Source: Hyphomicrobium sp.
GTDB lineage: Bacteria; Pseudomonadota; Alphaproteobacteria; Rhizobiales; Hyphomicrobiaceae
Reading direction: 5' to 3'
Assembly (NCBI GenBank): GCA_031419475.1
Contig: JANOKW010000168.1
Span: 1 to 37,253, forward strand
DNA length: 37,253 bases
Part shown: positions 9,849-20,057 of the stretch, piece after piece
Numbering within the stretch: the stretch's first letter is position 1
Layout of the letters: the number at the start of each line of letters is the position of its first letter
Translations under genes and position numbers: made by a program
Notes under the pieces: model-generated
The model's input: the letters and a program-made list of their open reading frames with translations, nothing else
Databases searched by the model: none
What the model was told of the DNA's origin: nothing

Positions 9849-11150
9849 ATGACGTTCAGCGGGCTACTCAAGTGGATACGCGCTACGTTTGACGCTGGCG
9901 GCTGGCGCGCGCCATGGTTGATGGTGAGATATGCCAGGCTCGTTATCCTGAACAGAACATCAAAAAATCGGCTGATTACGTCGGTTCCTCAGCGAAAAGA
10001 ACCACGTTTACCGGACATCGCCCTATCTCCCCGCGACGAACCCGACGGCGACGTGGTGATACCTATCTACAATAATTTCACGGATACGATTTCGCTGCTC
10101 GCAGCACTCGACAACGACACATCGATTAACGGCCGCATCATACTTGTACATGACTGTAGTACGGATGACAGGCTCTCGCCCGCGCTGAGAGGCTTTGCGG
10201 CCCGGCGCGACCACACAACGCTTTTGGAGAATGAACGAAACCTAGGTTTCGTTGAAACTTGCAATCGAGGAATGGCCGAGTCGACGCGAGACGTCGTGAT
10301 TTTGAACACCGACATTGGCCTGCCCAGGGGGGCAGTGCGCCGGATATTGAACCGGCTGCAGTCTGATAGCGGCATCGCAACTGTCACGCCTTACTCAAAT
10401 CTCGCGTATGGCGTCGGGATACCTGACCTTCTTTACGAAAACACGCTTCCATTTGGCGCTCAAATCGAAGAGATCGACCGATCCCTCCAGAGCATCGCAT
10501 CTGTCGCTGAGATTCGCTTGCCCGCGGGTGTTGGCTTCTGCATGGGCATGTCGCGCCGAGCATTGAGTGCACTTGGCGGCTTCGACAAGAACTTTGGTCT
10601 TGGGTATGGTGAAGAAACAGACTTTTGTCTCAGGGCAGACGCCATCGGCATGAAGAATGTACTCGCAAGCGACGTTTTCGTTGCGCATCATAGGGGGAAG
10701 AGTTTTGGCGCGACGTGGCAAGAAAAGAGCCGCAAAGGAACGCTGAAAGTGCTCGCGCGCCACCCAAATTACGTCAGCGGAAAGTTAGAGAGTTACCTTC
10801 AGCAGGGTGAAGCCCGTGCCGTTGCTCTTGTAGCGCTAGTTCGCCTAGCAGAAGAACTGTCAGGCGAAAAAACGCGAATACGCGACCGCGTTCAATCCGA
10901 AACTGACCCGCCAGCTTCGGCGGCACGTTACCCTGAATTGACGATTGTCGAAAAGCCTGGCTGCACAAGTGCGACACTGAATTACGCAAATGAGTCGTAT
11001 CGTTTTCAATTTTCCGGCCGCGATCTAGTAAGTCAAACGCTGGCACTTGTTCCTTCAGCTGCTCGATCAATCAGTGAGAATGAACTTTCAGTTGAATTTT
11101 ACCAGGTACTCACCGGCTTTACCGGCAAACCCAGGCGCTCGCCTGAATAA
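9849..11150 (+). CDS. Glycosyltransferase family 2
   Basis: [34 protein letters not shown] and GYGEETDFC. Confidence 0.88.
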   Translation: MTFSGLLKWIRATFDAGGWRAPWLMVRYARLVILNRTSKNRLITSVPQRKEPRLPDIALSPRDEPDGDVVIPIYNNFTDTISLLAALDNDTSINGRIILVHDCSTDDRLSPALRGFAARRDHTTLLENERNLGFVETCNRGMAESTRDVVILNTDIGLPRGAVRRILNRLQSDSGIATVTPYSNLAYGVGIPDLLYENTLPFGAQIEEIDRSLQSIASVAEIRLPAGVGFCMGMSRRALSALGGFDKNFGLGYGEETDFCLRADAIGMKNVLASDVFVAHHRGKSFGATWQEKSRKGTLKVLARHPNYVSGKLESYLQQGEARAVALVALVRLAEELSGEKTRIRDRVQSETDPPASAARYPELTIVEKPGCTSATLNYANESYRFQFSGRDLVSQTLALVPSAARSISENELSVEFYQVLTGFTGKPRRSPE

Positions 11151-12175
11151 CGATCACGCAGCGGCCCCCACCAGTCTTGATGAGCAAGGTACCATTGGAC
11201 TGTCTTCTCTAAGCCGGATTTAAAAGTTTCTCTTGCTTTCCAACCCAGTTCTGCTTCGAGCTTCCCAGCATCGATGGCGTAGCGCATATCGTGGCCCGGA
11301 CGATCAGGCACGAATTCGATGAGTTTCCGACGCGAAGACCCGGACGGCTCCAACTTATCGAGGACATCGCAAATCGTTTGAACCACTGAGATGTTCGTTT
11401 GCTCGTTGCGGCCGCCGACGTTGTATTTCTCACCGATCCGGCCACGCCTCAATATTAGATACAGGGCCCGGACATGATCATCGACGAAAAGCCAATCGCG
11501 TACATTTGTGCCTGTACCATAAACAGGTAGCGCTTTGCCCTCGCGGGCATTGAGTATCATCAGCGGAATGAGCTTCTCGGGGAACTGATACGGACCGTAA
11601 TTGTTGGAACAATTTGAAATCAAGGCCGGGAACCCATAAGTCCTGTGCCATGCGAGAACCAAATGATCAGATGCCGCCTTGCTCGCTGAGTAAGGCGAAC
11701 TCGGATCATAGGGTGTGTCTTCGCGGAACAAACCGGCTGACCCGAGTGAACCGTAGACTTCGTCTGTCGAAACATGCAGGAAGCGAAACTTAGCCTTGCC
11801 TTCTTCTGGAAGAGAAAGCCAGTAACGGCGCGCCGCTTCAAGGAGTGTGTAAGTTCCATTGATGTTAGTATCGATGAACACCGACGAACCCGTAATCGAG
11901 CGATCGACGTGGCTCTCTGCAGCCAAATGAATAATTGAATCCGGCTTGAAGCTTGCGAAAGTCGTGTTCATAGCGTCACGGTCACATATGTCGGCGCGTA
12001 AAAAGCGGTAACGAGGATTGGATGAAATTCCGTCAAGAGTTCTCAGATCTGCAGCGTACGTCAATTTATCGACGTTCAAGACTTCTAAATCGGCTTCAGC
12101 AGCTAGATATCTACACAGAGCTGACCCGATAAAGCCGGCGCCCCCCGTAATAAGAACTCTCAACATCATTCCCAT
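11099..12175 (-). CDS. rfbB: dTDP-glucose 4,6-dehydratase
   Basis: [36 protein letters not shown] and DRPGHD. Confidence 0.96.
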   Translation of the reverse strand: MGMMLRVLITGGAGFIGSALCRYLAAEADLEVLNVDKLTYAADLRTLDGISSNPRYRFLRADICDRDAMNTTFASFKPDSIIHLAAESHVDRSITGSSVFIDTNINGTYTLLEAARRYWLSLPEEGKAKFRFLHVSTDEVYGSLGSAGLFREDTPYDPSSPYSASKAASDHLVLAWHRTYGFPALISNCSNNYGPYQFPEKLIPLMILNAREGKALPVYGTGTNVRDWLFVDDHVRALYLILRRGRIGEKYNVGGRNEQTNISVVQTICDVLDKLEPSGSSRRKLIEFVPDRPGHDMRYAIDAGKLEAELGWKARETFKSGLEKTVQWYLAHQDWWGPLRDRYSGERLGLPVKPVSTW

Positions 12176-12427
12176 GAACTACGTCCCCATGCGTCTTTAG
12201 CGGCGCCGACGCCTCTTCGCACCATTCTGATTATAGTTGACTGAAACAAAGAACTCCAGCAGTTGAGAATTCCGCATAACGCAAATTATTGCAAACCTAA
12301 AGCGTTGAACGAGTACGAATAGTCAGGCCCCAAGCTGCCACAACTCGATCAGTTTTTCGTTGTAAAGTGCCATTCTTGCTGCAGTATAGGCAGGCATAAT
12401 TTTCGCAGGGAAACAAGATACGCCGAC

Positions 12428-13333
12428 ATGAAAGAAAAATCGCGACATCTGCAGGAACTGGAGTCTGAGAGCATCTATATCCTGAGAGAAACGATTGCCC
12501 AGTTTGAGAAGCCCGTCCTGCTCTATTCGATCGGCAAAGACTCTTCTGTTTTGCTACACCTCGCCAAGAAGGCGTTTTATCCAGCGCCAATACCGCTTCC
12601 CCTGTTGCACATTGACACGGCTTGGAAGTTCCGCGACATGATCTTGTTTCGAGATGACATCGTCAAACGATACGGTGCTCAGCTCTTTGTGCACATCAAC
12701 GAAGATGGCAGGAAAGCGAACGTCAATCCGAACACCTGCGACAGTGCCTATTATACGCAGGTGATGAAGACGGAAGGTCTGCGCCAGGCCCTAGAGCATC
12801 ATAAATTCGATGCGGCCATCGGCGGCGCTAGGCGCGACGAAGAAAAATCGAGGGCAAAGGAGCGTGTGTTTTCACATCGCACGGCCGATCATAGCTGGGA
12901 TCCCAAAAACCAGCGGCCCGAGATTTGGCGCCTCTATAATGGCCACCTCGCTGTTAGCGAAACAATGCGCATTTTCCCCTTGTCAAACTGGACTGAGCTC
13001 GATGTATGGCAGTATATCGGGGCAGAAGAAATTCCCGTGGTGCCTTTATACTTCGCTTCTGAGCGGCCGGTTGTCGTTCGAGGCGGTACAATGATCATGG
13101 TCGACGATGACCGGCTGCAGCTGTCATCTGCAGAGGTGCCCGAGTTGCGCCGGGTGCGCTTCCGGTCGCTCGGTTGCTATCCGCTCACTTGTGCTGTTGA
13201 ATCCAATGCCGCTTCAATTAGCGACATCATCGAAGAACTTAAGCTAACACGCTTATCCGAGCGGCAAGGGCGAGTCATTGACCGGGATCAGATCAGCTCT
13301 ATGGAGAAGAAGAAAGAAGAAGGTTATTTCTGA
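12428..13333 (+). CDS. cysD: Sulfate adenylyltransferase subunit 2 (CysD/NodP)
   Basis: [23 protein letters not shown] and C-terminal [13 protein letters not shown] overlap with the next gene. Confidence 0.96.
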   Translation: MKEKSRHLQELESESIYILRETIAQFEKPVLLYSIGKDSSVLLHLAKKAFYPAPIPLPLLHIDTAWKFRDMILFRDDIVKRYGAQLFVHINEDGRKANVNPNTCDSAYYTQVMKTEGLRQALEHHKFDAAIGGARRDEEKSRAKERVFSHRTADHSWDPKNQRPEIWRLYNGHLAVSETMRIFPLSNWTELDVWQYIGAEEIPVVPLYFASERPVVVRGGTMIMVDDDRLQLSSAEVPELRRVRFRSLGCYPLTCAVESNAASISDIIEELKLTRLSERQGRVIDRDQISSMEKKKEEGYF

Positions 13334-15261
13334 TGTCGGAGGAAAGAAGCAACATTGATGTGCAGGCGCGCGGTGCAGTTAGCGCTAAGGAACTCCAAGA
13401 TTCGGGATCGACCAGCATTCCGATGTTGCGTTTTCTGACGTGTGGCAGCGTGGATGCCGGCAAAAGCACGCTAATCGGGCGGTTGCTCCATGACTGCCAG
13501 TCAATCTCCGACGACACACTCTCCTTGATCGAGCGGGATAGCCACACCTGGGACACGACGGGAGAGGCGATAGACTTCGCTTTACTCGTAGACGGGCTAC
13601 AAGCCGAACGCGAACAAGGCATTACGATAGACGTTGCGTACAGTTATTTTTCAACACCCGCACGCAAGTTCATTGTCGCCGACACGCCAGGCCACGAGCA
13701 GTACACCCGCAACATGGTAACGGGCGCCTCAAATTGCGACTTGGCCGTCATTCTCGTTGATGCGCGAAAAGGAACACTTGTCCAAACGCGGCGTCACACC
13801 TGCGTTGTTCAGCTCCTCGGCATCAAGCACATCGTGTTGGCCGTAAACAAAATGGACGCGGTTGGCTACGCCGAAGACGTATTCGATAACATCGATAGTG
13901 AGTACCGCGCGTTCGCAACAAGACTTGGCTTCGGGCAGATCCAATCGATTCCGGTGTCAGCTCTTCGTGGAGATAATCTGACGACACGCAGCGCACGCAT
14001 GCCATGGTTCAAAGGGCCGACACTCCTGAATCACTTGGAAACGGTAGAAATCTTGATCGCCGCCAAAACTAACGCTATGCGTTTACCCATTCAATGGGTC
14101 TGCAGGCCAAATTCGGATTTCAGGGGTTTTTCCGGTACGATTGTCGGCGGCAGCATTTCACGCGGAGATCCTATTGTTTCACTGCCGTCCAGTTCCAGAT
14201 CCAGCATCGCGCGTATTTTCGTGGGGGACGAAGAGCGCCAGTCGGCAAGTGCTGGCGATGCGGTTATGGTCACCCTGGCGAACGAAATCGATGTTGGTCG
14301 CGGTGATCTGTTTTGCTCACCAGTTGATCGCGCTGAGACGGCAGATCAGTTCTCTGCCAATCTCGTTTGGATGAGTTCGCAGGCACTCCTGAAAGGGCGT
14401 CCATACTTGCTTCGATGCGGCACGCAATCGGTCATCGCTCAAATTAGTGACATCAAATACAAACTGAATGTCAATTCATTGGAACACGTTGCCGCTCGGG
14501 AAGTAACTTGCAACGAAATCGCTGTCTGTAACTTCACAGTTGCCAAGCCCATAGCGTTTGACAGCTACGCTGAAAGCCGAGAAACCGGCGGCTTCATCCT
14601 TATTGATCGCGCGACGAACGAAACCGTCGGCGCTGGCATGATTCAATTTGCTCTCCGGCGATCGCACAATATTCACTGGCAGACCATCAATGTATCACGG
14701 GATCAGCGCGCCGATCTCAAGGGCCAGAAGGCCTGTTGTCTTTGGTTCACAGGATTATCGGGTTCAGGAAAATCTACGATCGCCAATCTCATAGAAAAGC
14801 GTCTCCACTCTCTCGGGCGCCACACTTACATTCTCGATGGCGACAACGTGCGGCACGGCCTCAACCGGGATCTCGGGTTTACCGACGCCGACCGCGTGGA
14901 GAACGTCCGCCGGGTTGCCGAAGTTGCGCGGCTGATGGTCGAAGCCGGGCTTATCACAATTGTCTCGTTCATTTCACCGTTCAAGGCAGAGCGGCAATTT
15001 GCCCGCGAGCGATTTGGCTCCGATGATTTCCTGGAAATTTTCGTCGATACGCCTATCGAGCTTTGCGAAATACGTGACCCCAAGGGGCTCTACAAGAAAG
15101 CGCGTGCGGGTCAGATCGCTCATTTTACAGGCATCAGTTCACCATATGAGCCGCCTGAGAATGCCGAACTTCACCTCAAAAGTGGAACCGACTCGACGGA
15201 CGTGATCGTTGAACAAATCATGGCAGCACTGAAGGTTCGCGGCGTTCTTTTCACTGTTTAA
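13333..15261 (+). CDS. cysNC: Bifunctional sulfate adenylyltransferase subunit 1 / adenylylsulfate kinase (CysNC/NodQ)
   Basis: GTPase motifs GSVDAGKST, EREQGITID, DTPGHEQYTRNM and NKMD. APS kinase motifs WFTGLSGSGKST, LDGDNVRHGL and FTGISSPYE. Confidence 0.95.
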   Translation: MSEERSNIDVQARGAVSAKELQDSGSTSIPMLRFLTCGSVDAGKSTLIGRLLHDCQSISDDTLSLIERDSHTWDTTGEAIDFALLVDGLQAEREQGITIDVAYSYFSTPARKFIVADTPGHEQYTRNMVTGASNCDLAVILVDARKGTLVQTRRHTCVVQLLGIKHIVLAVNKMDAVGYAEDVFDNIDSEYRAFATRLGFGQIQSIPVSALRGDNLTTRSARMPWFKGPTLLNHLETVEILIAAKTNAMRLPIQWVCRPNSDFRGFSGTIVGGSISRGDPIVSLPSSSRSSIARIFVGDEERQSASAGDAVMVTLANEIDVGRGDLFCSPVDRAETADQFSANLVWMSSQALLKGRPYLLRCGTQSVIAQISDIKYKLNVNSLEHVAAREVTCNEIAVCNFTVAKPIAFDSYAESRETGGFILIDRATNETVGAGMIQFALRRSHNIHWQTINVSRDQRADLKGQKACCLWFTGLSGSGKSTIANLIEKRLHSLGRHTYILDGDNVRHGLNRDLGFTDADRVENVRRVAEVARLMVEAGLITIVSFISPFKAERQFARERFGSDDFLEIFVDTPIELCEIRDPKGLYKKARAGQIAHFTGISSPYEPPENAELHLKSGTDSTDVIVEQIMAALKVRGVLFTV

Positions 15262-15473
15262 ACTCGCCGTCCAGCCGCCGGTGGCCCAAGTAGACTACTG
15301 TTTTTAGACATCTGTTTTTGCGGTTCGTGTGCGTTGCTTCGAAGAAAATCGCCGGCTAGAGCCTGAATGTGGCGGAAAAAAAGCTTCTGTGGACGGGTTC
15401 TCGACTCCTGGCCTGTGAGCAGCTATCGGATAAACGGAACAATCGGCAACTCTTGACGATACCGGGGGACGTT

Positions 15474-16208
15474 TTGAAGGAATGTAGCAAATCTGTTGCG
15501 CGGAGGTTGTCCGACTCACGATTCGTGCGCAAATATTTCAGCGGTCGAGGTGTCGATATTGGAGGCAAGCCAGACCCACTATTGCTGTACAAAGAACTCT
15601 TTCCTCTCATAGAAAGCATTAAGACTTGGGATTTGGAAGATGGCGATGCGCAGCAGATGGCAGGTGTTGCGGACGAAACATATGATTTCGTATTCTCCAG
15701 CCATTGCCTCGAACACGTACATGATCCTCTTGAAGCTCTGAAAAACTGGCTGCGAATTCTGAAGCCCAATGGCTACATCATCTTCGCGATTCCCGAGGAA
15801 GACCTCTATGAGCAAGGGATATTCCCAAGCTCCTTTAACCGCGATCACAAGAACACCTTCACGATGTTCAAAACGAATTCGTGGTCTTCGCGTTCCATAA
15901 ACGTCTTGGAATTGCTTTCTAAACTCGGGGCTGCGGCAGCAGTAGAAAAGGTCGAGTTTCTCGACGAAACTTACCGCTATGAACTGCCCCGATTTGACCA
16001 AACACTGACGCCGGTCGGCGAAAGCGGGATTGAAGTAATAATTCGCAAACGCGCGGCTGCAGAAATTTCTTCTGGCGCACGCGTCCGCGGAGGCAAGCAG
16101 CCTGATATCGAAATCCGTCTTCATCTCAATCAATACCGGGATGATCAGAAGACACTGCGAAGTTCTAACGCCGAACGCCCCCCTTTCAACAATGACGGCG
16201 AGATGTAA
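15474..16208 (+). CDS. Class I SAM-dependent methyltransferase
   Basis: GVDIGG, YDFVFSSHCLEH and RILKPNGY. Likely TTG start at 15474 after GGGGGA; the ORF track starts at 15369. Confidence 0.82.
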   Translation: MKECSKSVARRLSDSRFVRKYFSGRGVDIGGKPDPLLLYKELFPLIESIKTWDLEDGDAQQMAGVADETYDFVFSSHCLEHVHDPLEALKNWLRILKPNGYIIFAIPEEDLYEQGIFPSSFNRDHKNTFTMFKTNSWSSRSINVLELLSKLGAAAAVEKVEFLDETYRYELPRFDQTLTPVGESGIEVIIRKRAAAEISSGARVRGGKQPDIEIRLHLNQYRDDQKTLRSSNAERPPFNNDGEM

Positions 16209-16246
16209 ATTTCGACGCCGGTTAGCGCATTGGATTGCCCATAGAC

Positions 16247-17290
16247 ATGCCTCCGACACCAATAAAGATCAGAGCGAAGGCACCGTTGAGGCTCGGCCTG
16301 GCGGGCGGCGGCACCGATGTGTCTCCCTACAGCGACCAGTTCGGCGGCATGGTTTTGAATGCGACGATATCGCTCTATGCTCATTGCTCTGTTGAGGAGA
16401 CGAGCGATGGACGGGTCGAAATTGACGCGCTTGATATGGACCGGAGGTGGGAAGGCGCAGCTGATCCGTCCTTGCCCGTCGATCATCCGCTTGGACTGAT
16501 TTGCCAAGTCTACAACCGCATCGTGCGGGACCATTGCGGCGGGAAGCCCTTTTCAGTGCGCATTTCAACTTACGCGGATGTGCCCCCGGGTTCGGGTCTT
16601 GGTTCATCATCGACGCTTGTTGTTGCGATCATCTGCGCGTTGGCCGAGCTCAAGCGCATCGCGCTTGGCGAATATGAAATCGCTCATCTTGCCTTTGAGA
16701 TAGAGCGAATCGACCTCGGTCTTGCGGGTGGCAAGCAAGATCAGTACGCCGCCACCTTCGGTGGCTTTAATCTGATGGAATTCTATGAGAACGACAGAGT
16801 TATTATAAACCCTTTGCGACTCCGCCGCAGCACCGTTTCCGAACTCGAAGCGTCACTCATCCTTTATTATACGGGACGCTCGCGCGCGTCGGCTGCGATT
16901 ATTGAGGAGCAGGTCAAGAATGTGACGTCCGGAAGCACGAAATCTATTGAAGCGATGCACGCGCTGAAACAGCAATCGCGTGGCATGAAGGAAGCTCTTT
17001 TACTCGGAGATTTTCGCCGCTTCGCCGACGAACTCCGCCAAGGCTGGACTGCGAAACGCGCAACAGCAGAGCAGATTAGCAGCGATGTCATTGACCAAGT
17101 GATGTCAACGGCCATGGCGAACGGCGCTTTAGGCGGCAAAGTCTCAGGCGCCGGAGGCGGCGGCTTCGTGATGATCGTGTCTCCGCCCGAGCGCAAGCCA
17201 ACAATCGTACGTGAACTCGCCGGACTAGGCGGACACATTTTCAATAGCGTGTTCACAGAACATGGAGCCTCCGCATGGAGAGTGCAATAG
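16247..17290 (+). CDS. hddA: D-glycero-alpha-D-manno-heptose 7-phosphate kinase (GHMP family)
   Basis: APLRLGLAGGGTDV, PPGSGLGSSS, GGKQDQYAA and GGKVSGAGGGGF. Adjacent to gmhA. Confidence 0.9.
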   Translation: MPPTPIKIRAKAPLRLGLAGGGTDVSPYSDQFGGMVLNATISLYAHCSVEETSDGRVEIDALDMDRRWEGAADPSLPVDHPLGLICQVYNRIVRDHCGGKPFSVRISTYADVPPGSGLGSSSTLVVAIICALAELKRIALGEYEIAHLAFEIERIDLGLAGGKQDQYAATFGGFNLMEFYENDRVIINPLRLRRSTVSELEASLILYYTGRSRASAAIIEEQVKNVTSGSTKSIEAMHALKQQSRGMKEALLLGDFRRFADELRQGWTAKRATAEQISSDVIDQVMSTAMANGALGGKVSGAGGGGFVMIVSPPERKPTIVRELAGLGGHIFNSVFTEHGASAWRVQ

Positions 17291-17871
17291 CGCGTTACAT
17301 TGCCGAGCAGCTCGGACAGTCTTTAGCCACGATTACAGCTCTTCACGCTGACAAGTTCTATCGCGATACCGCCGAACGCGTAGCAGCACTTTTCATCGAA
17401 ACGCTAATGCGCGGGAACACGCTGCTTTTTGCCGGGAATGGTGGTAGCGCCGCCGACTCACAACACGTGGCCGGCGAGTACGTCAGCCGATTTCACTATG
17501 ATCGCCCCGGATTGTCGGCCATCGCCCTCACAACAGACACCTCCATCCTTACGGCGATCGGCAACGACTACGGATACGAATACGTTTTTTCCCGTCAAAT
17601 CGAGGCTATCGGAAGAAAAGGCGACGTTTTCGTTGCGATCACTACTTCCGGTAATTCACCAAACATCCTGGCTGGAATAGAGGCCGCAAAGAAAAAGGGC
17701 ATCACGACCGTTGGTATGACGGGGCGGACGGGCGGCAAGATGAAAGCGATGTGCGATCTGTGTCTTTGCGTCCCATCCGACTCAGTACCGCGGATCCAGG
17801 AAGGTCACTTGGCGACCCATCATTTCCTATGCGGCGTTGTTGAAGCAATCGTATTCCCGAAGCCGGCGTAA
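17275..17871 (+). CDS. gmhA: Sedoheptulose 7-phosphate isomerase
   Basis: GNGGSAADSQH, TAIGNDYG, TTSGNS and RIQEGH. Confidence 0.95.
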   Translation: MESAIARYIAEQLGQSLATITALHADKFYRDTAERVAALFIETLMRGNTLLFAGNGGSAADSQHVAGEYVSRFHYDRPGLSAIALTTDTSILTAIGNDYGYEYVFSRQIEAIGRKGDVFVAITTSGNSPNILAGIEAAKKKGITTVGMTGRTGGKMKAMCDLCLCVPSDSVPRIQEGHLATHHFLCGVVEAIVFPKPA

Positions 17872-17896
17872 CTTACGCGAACTGGCAAAGAATCTT

Positions 17897-19120
17897 ATGA
17901 CACCTTCGGTGAACCAGGCAGTAATTCTCGCGGGCGGCTTCGGTACTCGACTCGGTCACCTCACGCAAAACGTACCCAAGCCGCTGCTACTCGTTGCAGG
18001 CGTACCCTTTGTGGATTACGTCGTTCGCTGGCTTGCGCGTTACGGCATTGAGGAAATAATCCTCTCGACAGGCTACCTCTCGCATTCTTTTGACACGTTC
18101 CTTGCAGGCCGCACTTGGAGAAATTCTTATGGTGAGCCGTTGCGGGTCCGCACAATTGTTGAGAACAAGCCCGCAGGGACAGGCGGTGCTTTGGCGCTCA
18201 TGCGCAAAGAACTTCAGCACCGTTTTCTATTGATCAACGGCGACTCATTCTTCAACTGCAATCTTAGCGCCCTCCTAGCGCAAGCCGACGCGCTTCCGCC
18301 CGGAGGAGCTGCGTTGACCGTTCGCGCTGTCAGCGACGCGGAACGCTACGGGCGCATTGAGGTGACTGGCGACCTTATCACCGCGTTTGCCGAAAAATCT
18401 GGATCTGGTCCTGGCCTTATCAATGCGGGCGTTTCTTTGATTGATCTGACCGCCATCGAACGGTTCAATGATATACCGTGCTCTATTGAGAAAGAAATTT
18501 ACCCCCGACTCTGCGCCGAGGGGCGCCTAAAGGCTGTCCAACAGTCCGGATACTTTGTCGACATCGGCATTCCGGAAACCTACAGCCTGGCTCAAGATGA
18601 ACTGCCCCGCGCCGTGCGGCGGCCAGCCGTATTTCTAGACCGGGACGGCGTATTGAATGAAGATCGTGGTTACGTCCATCAGCCAAAAGATTTCACATGG
18701 ATACCGGGTGCCATTGACGCGGTCCGGATGGCCATCGAGGCCGGTTACCTTATCATCGTCCTCACAAATCAGGCCGGAGTTGCCCGGGGACTCTATGGCG
18801 AAGACGCTATCAACAAGTTGCACCATTTCATCAATTCGACGCTCGTAAGCCGGAGTGCCTGCATCAACGCGTTCTATTATTGTCCCTATCATCCTGAAGC
18901 CGTTGTACCTGAGTACCGCCGGGCACACGAGGACCGGAAGCCCTCTCCTGGCATGTTAACGCGTGCCGCGGCAGACTATCCAATTGATATGAGCCACTCG
19001 TTCTTGATCGGTGACCAAGATAGCGATATGGCAGCTGCGGCGGCTGCAGGTATTGCGGGTCACAAGTTTACTGGTGGAAATCTTGCTGAACTGATGCAGC
19101 GCTTGATCCTTGTAAATTAG
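17897..19120 (+). CDS. Fused heptose-1-phosphate guanylyltransferase (HddC-like) and heptose-1,7-bisphosphate phosphatase (GmhB, HAD-IIIA)
   Basis: N-terminal ILAGGFGTRL...PKPL, NGDS and FVDIGIPE. C-terminal FLDRDGVLN, TNQAG, RKPSPGM and IGDQDSD. Confidence 0.9.
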   Translation: MTPSVNQAVILAGGFGTRLGHLTQNVPKPLLLVAGVPFVDYVVRWLARYGIEEIILSTGYLSHSFDTFLAGRTWRNSYGEPLRVRTIVENKPAGTGGALALMRKELQHRFLLINGDSFFNCNLSALLAQADALPPGGAALTVRAVSDAERYGRIEVTGDLITAFAEKSGSGPGLINAGVSLIDLTAIERFNDIPCSIEKEIYPRLCAEGRLKAVQQSGYFVDIGIPETYSLAQDELPRAVRRPAVFLDRDGVLNEDRGYVHQPKDFTWIPGAIDAVRMAIEAGYLIIVLTNQAGVARGLYGEDAINKLHHFINSTLVSRSACINAFYYCPYHPEAVVPEYRRAHEDRKPSPGMLTRAAADYPIDMSHSFLIGDQDSDMAAAAAAGIAGHKFTGGNLAELMQRLILVN

Positions 19121-19150
19121 AAGAGACACGCACCACATCGCAGCTCCCCC

Positions 19151-20005
19151 TCAACCACGCGACGCAATGACGATCTGCGGATCGCGCGCGAATTCGCTGA
19201 CGTGCGCCTTGAGGTTCGCACACGCAAGATCCTCGTTGAACCGTTCGAGCGTATAATCGCCGTGCAACTCAGCGATAATCACGCCAATTTTCGGCAGAAA
19301 CGTTGCGCCGTTGAAGATCTGCTTCTCCGCCCCTTCAACATCGATCTTCAGAAGATCAATCCGGTCTATCACCTGCTCGCGGCACAATTGGTCAACACTT
19401 ATCCCTTTGACGCTCACACCTTGCCCGCGCGTGTTCATCTGAAAATGCGACGCTCTGCCCGACGTGCTGATAAAAACCTGTTCTTGAGGCACGGCCGTTA
19501 AACACGCTTGTATCGGCACGATACGGGGCTCTCGCGCGGTGTTCTCCCTCAGGAGCGCGAAATTTTCCGGATTAGGTTCGATGCTGTAAATTTTAGCATT
19601 TCGGTATCGCGCCGCCAGGTACAGCGATGCGAACCCGATATTCGCTCCCGCATCGACGATCGTGCGCACGCTCTCTGGCGGCAGCACAGCCACGGAGATT
19701 TTGTAGCCTTCGCGGGCAAACATTTCGTAGAGGATGCTCAAGTCGCCGTCGTGCGTGCGCAGCGTGACCGCAGTCTGATATCCGCCAAAGTTAAGATCGA
19801 GGCTCAGGCGCGGACCGGAATCGATGTCGGCCTTACGCCAATTGCGATAGTGGAACGCCAGTGTTTCGCGCATCAATCTCATGCGTTGGCGGGTGCTCGC
19901 GGGCGCACGCGCGGCAAACAAGACTTCTTCAGCATAGTCGGACAGTTTTCCCGATAACCTGTTCAACGGATTGTTGCGGCTGCGTATCAACTTTCCCTCC
20001 GGCAA
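19151..20005 (-). CDS. FkbM-family methyltransferase
   Basis: VDAGANIG, SIEPNPENF and LLKIDVEGAE. Start codon uncertain. Confidence 0.85.
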   Translation of the reverse strand: MPEGKLIRSRNNPLNRLSGKLSDYAEEVLFAARAPASTRQRMRLMRETLAFHYRNWRKADIDSGPRLSLDLNFGGYQTAVTLRTHDGDLSILYEMFAREGYKISVAVLPPESVRTIVDAGANIGFASLYLAARYRNAKIYSIEPNPENFALLRENTAREPRIVPIQACLTAVPQEQVFISTSGRASHFQMNTRGQGVSVKGISVDQLCREQVIDRIDLLKIDVEGAEKQIFNGATFLPKIGVIIAELHGDYTLERFNEDLACANLKAHVSEFARDPQIVIASRG

Positions 20006-20057
20006 GGTTGAATTCTCTACAGCGTGTGCGCTGCCAATTGAACAACCCGTTGACGGT

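Noticed and set aside
12392-12407. Sigma54-like site upstream of cysD (AGGCAT-N5-TCGCA)
   Set aside because: Several mismatches, and it would leave only ~10 nt of leader.
12428-15261. Nodulation (nodPQ) island
   Set aside because: No nodABC or other symbiosis genes are present; the context is surface polysaccharide.
15579-16262. 227-aa minus-strand ORF
   Set aside because: Antisense to a motif-bearing methyltransferase inside a plus-strand operon.
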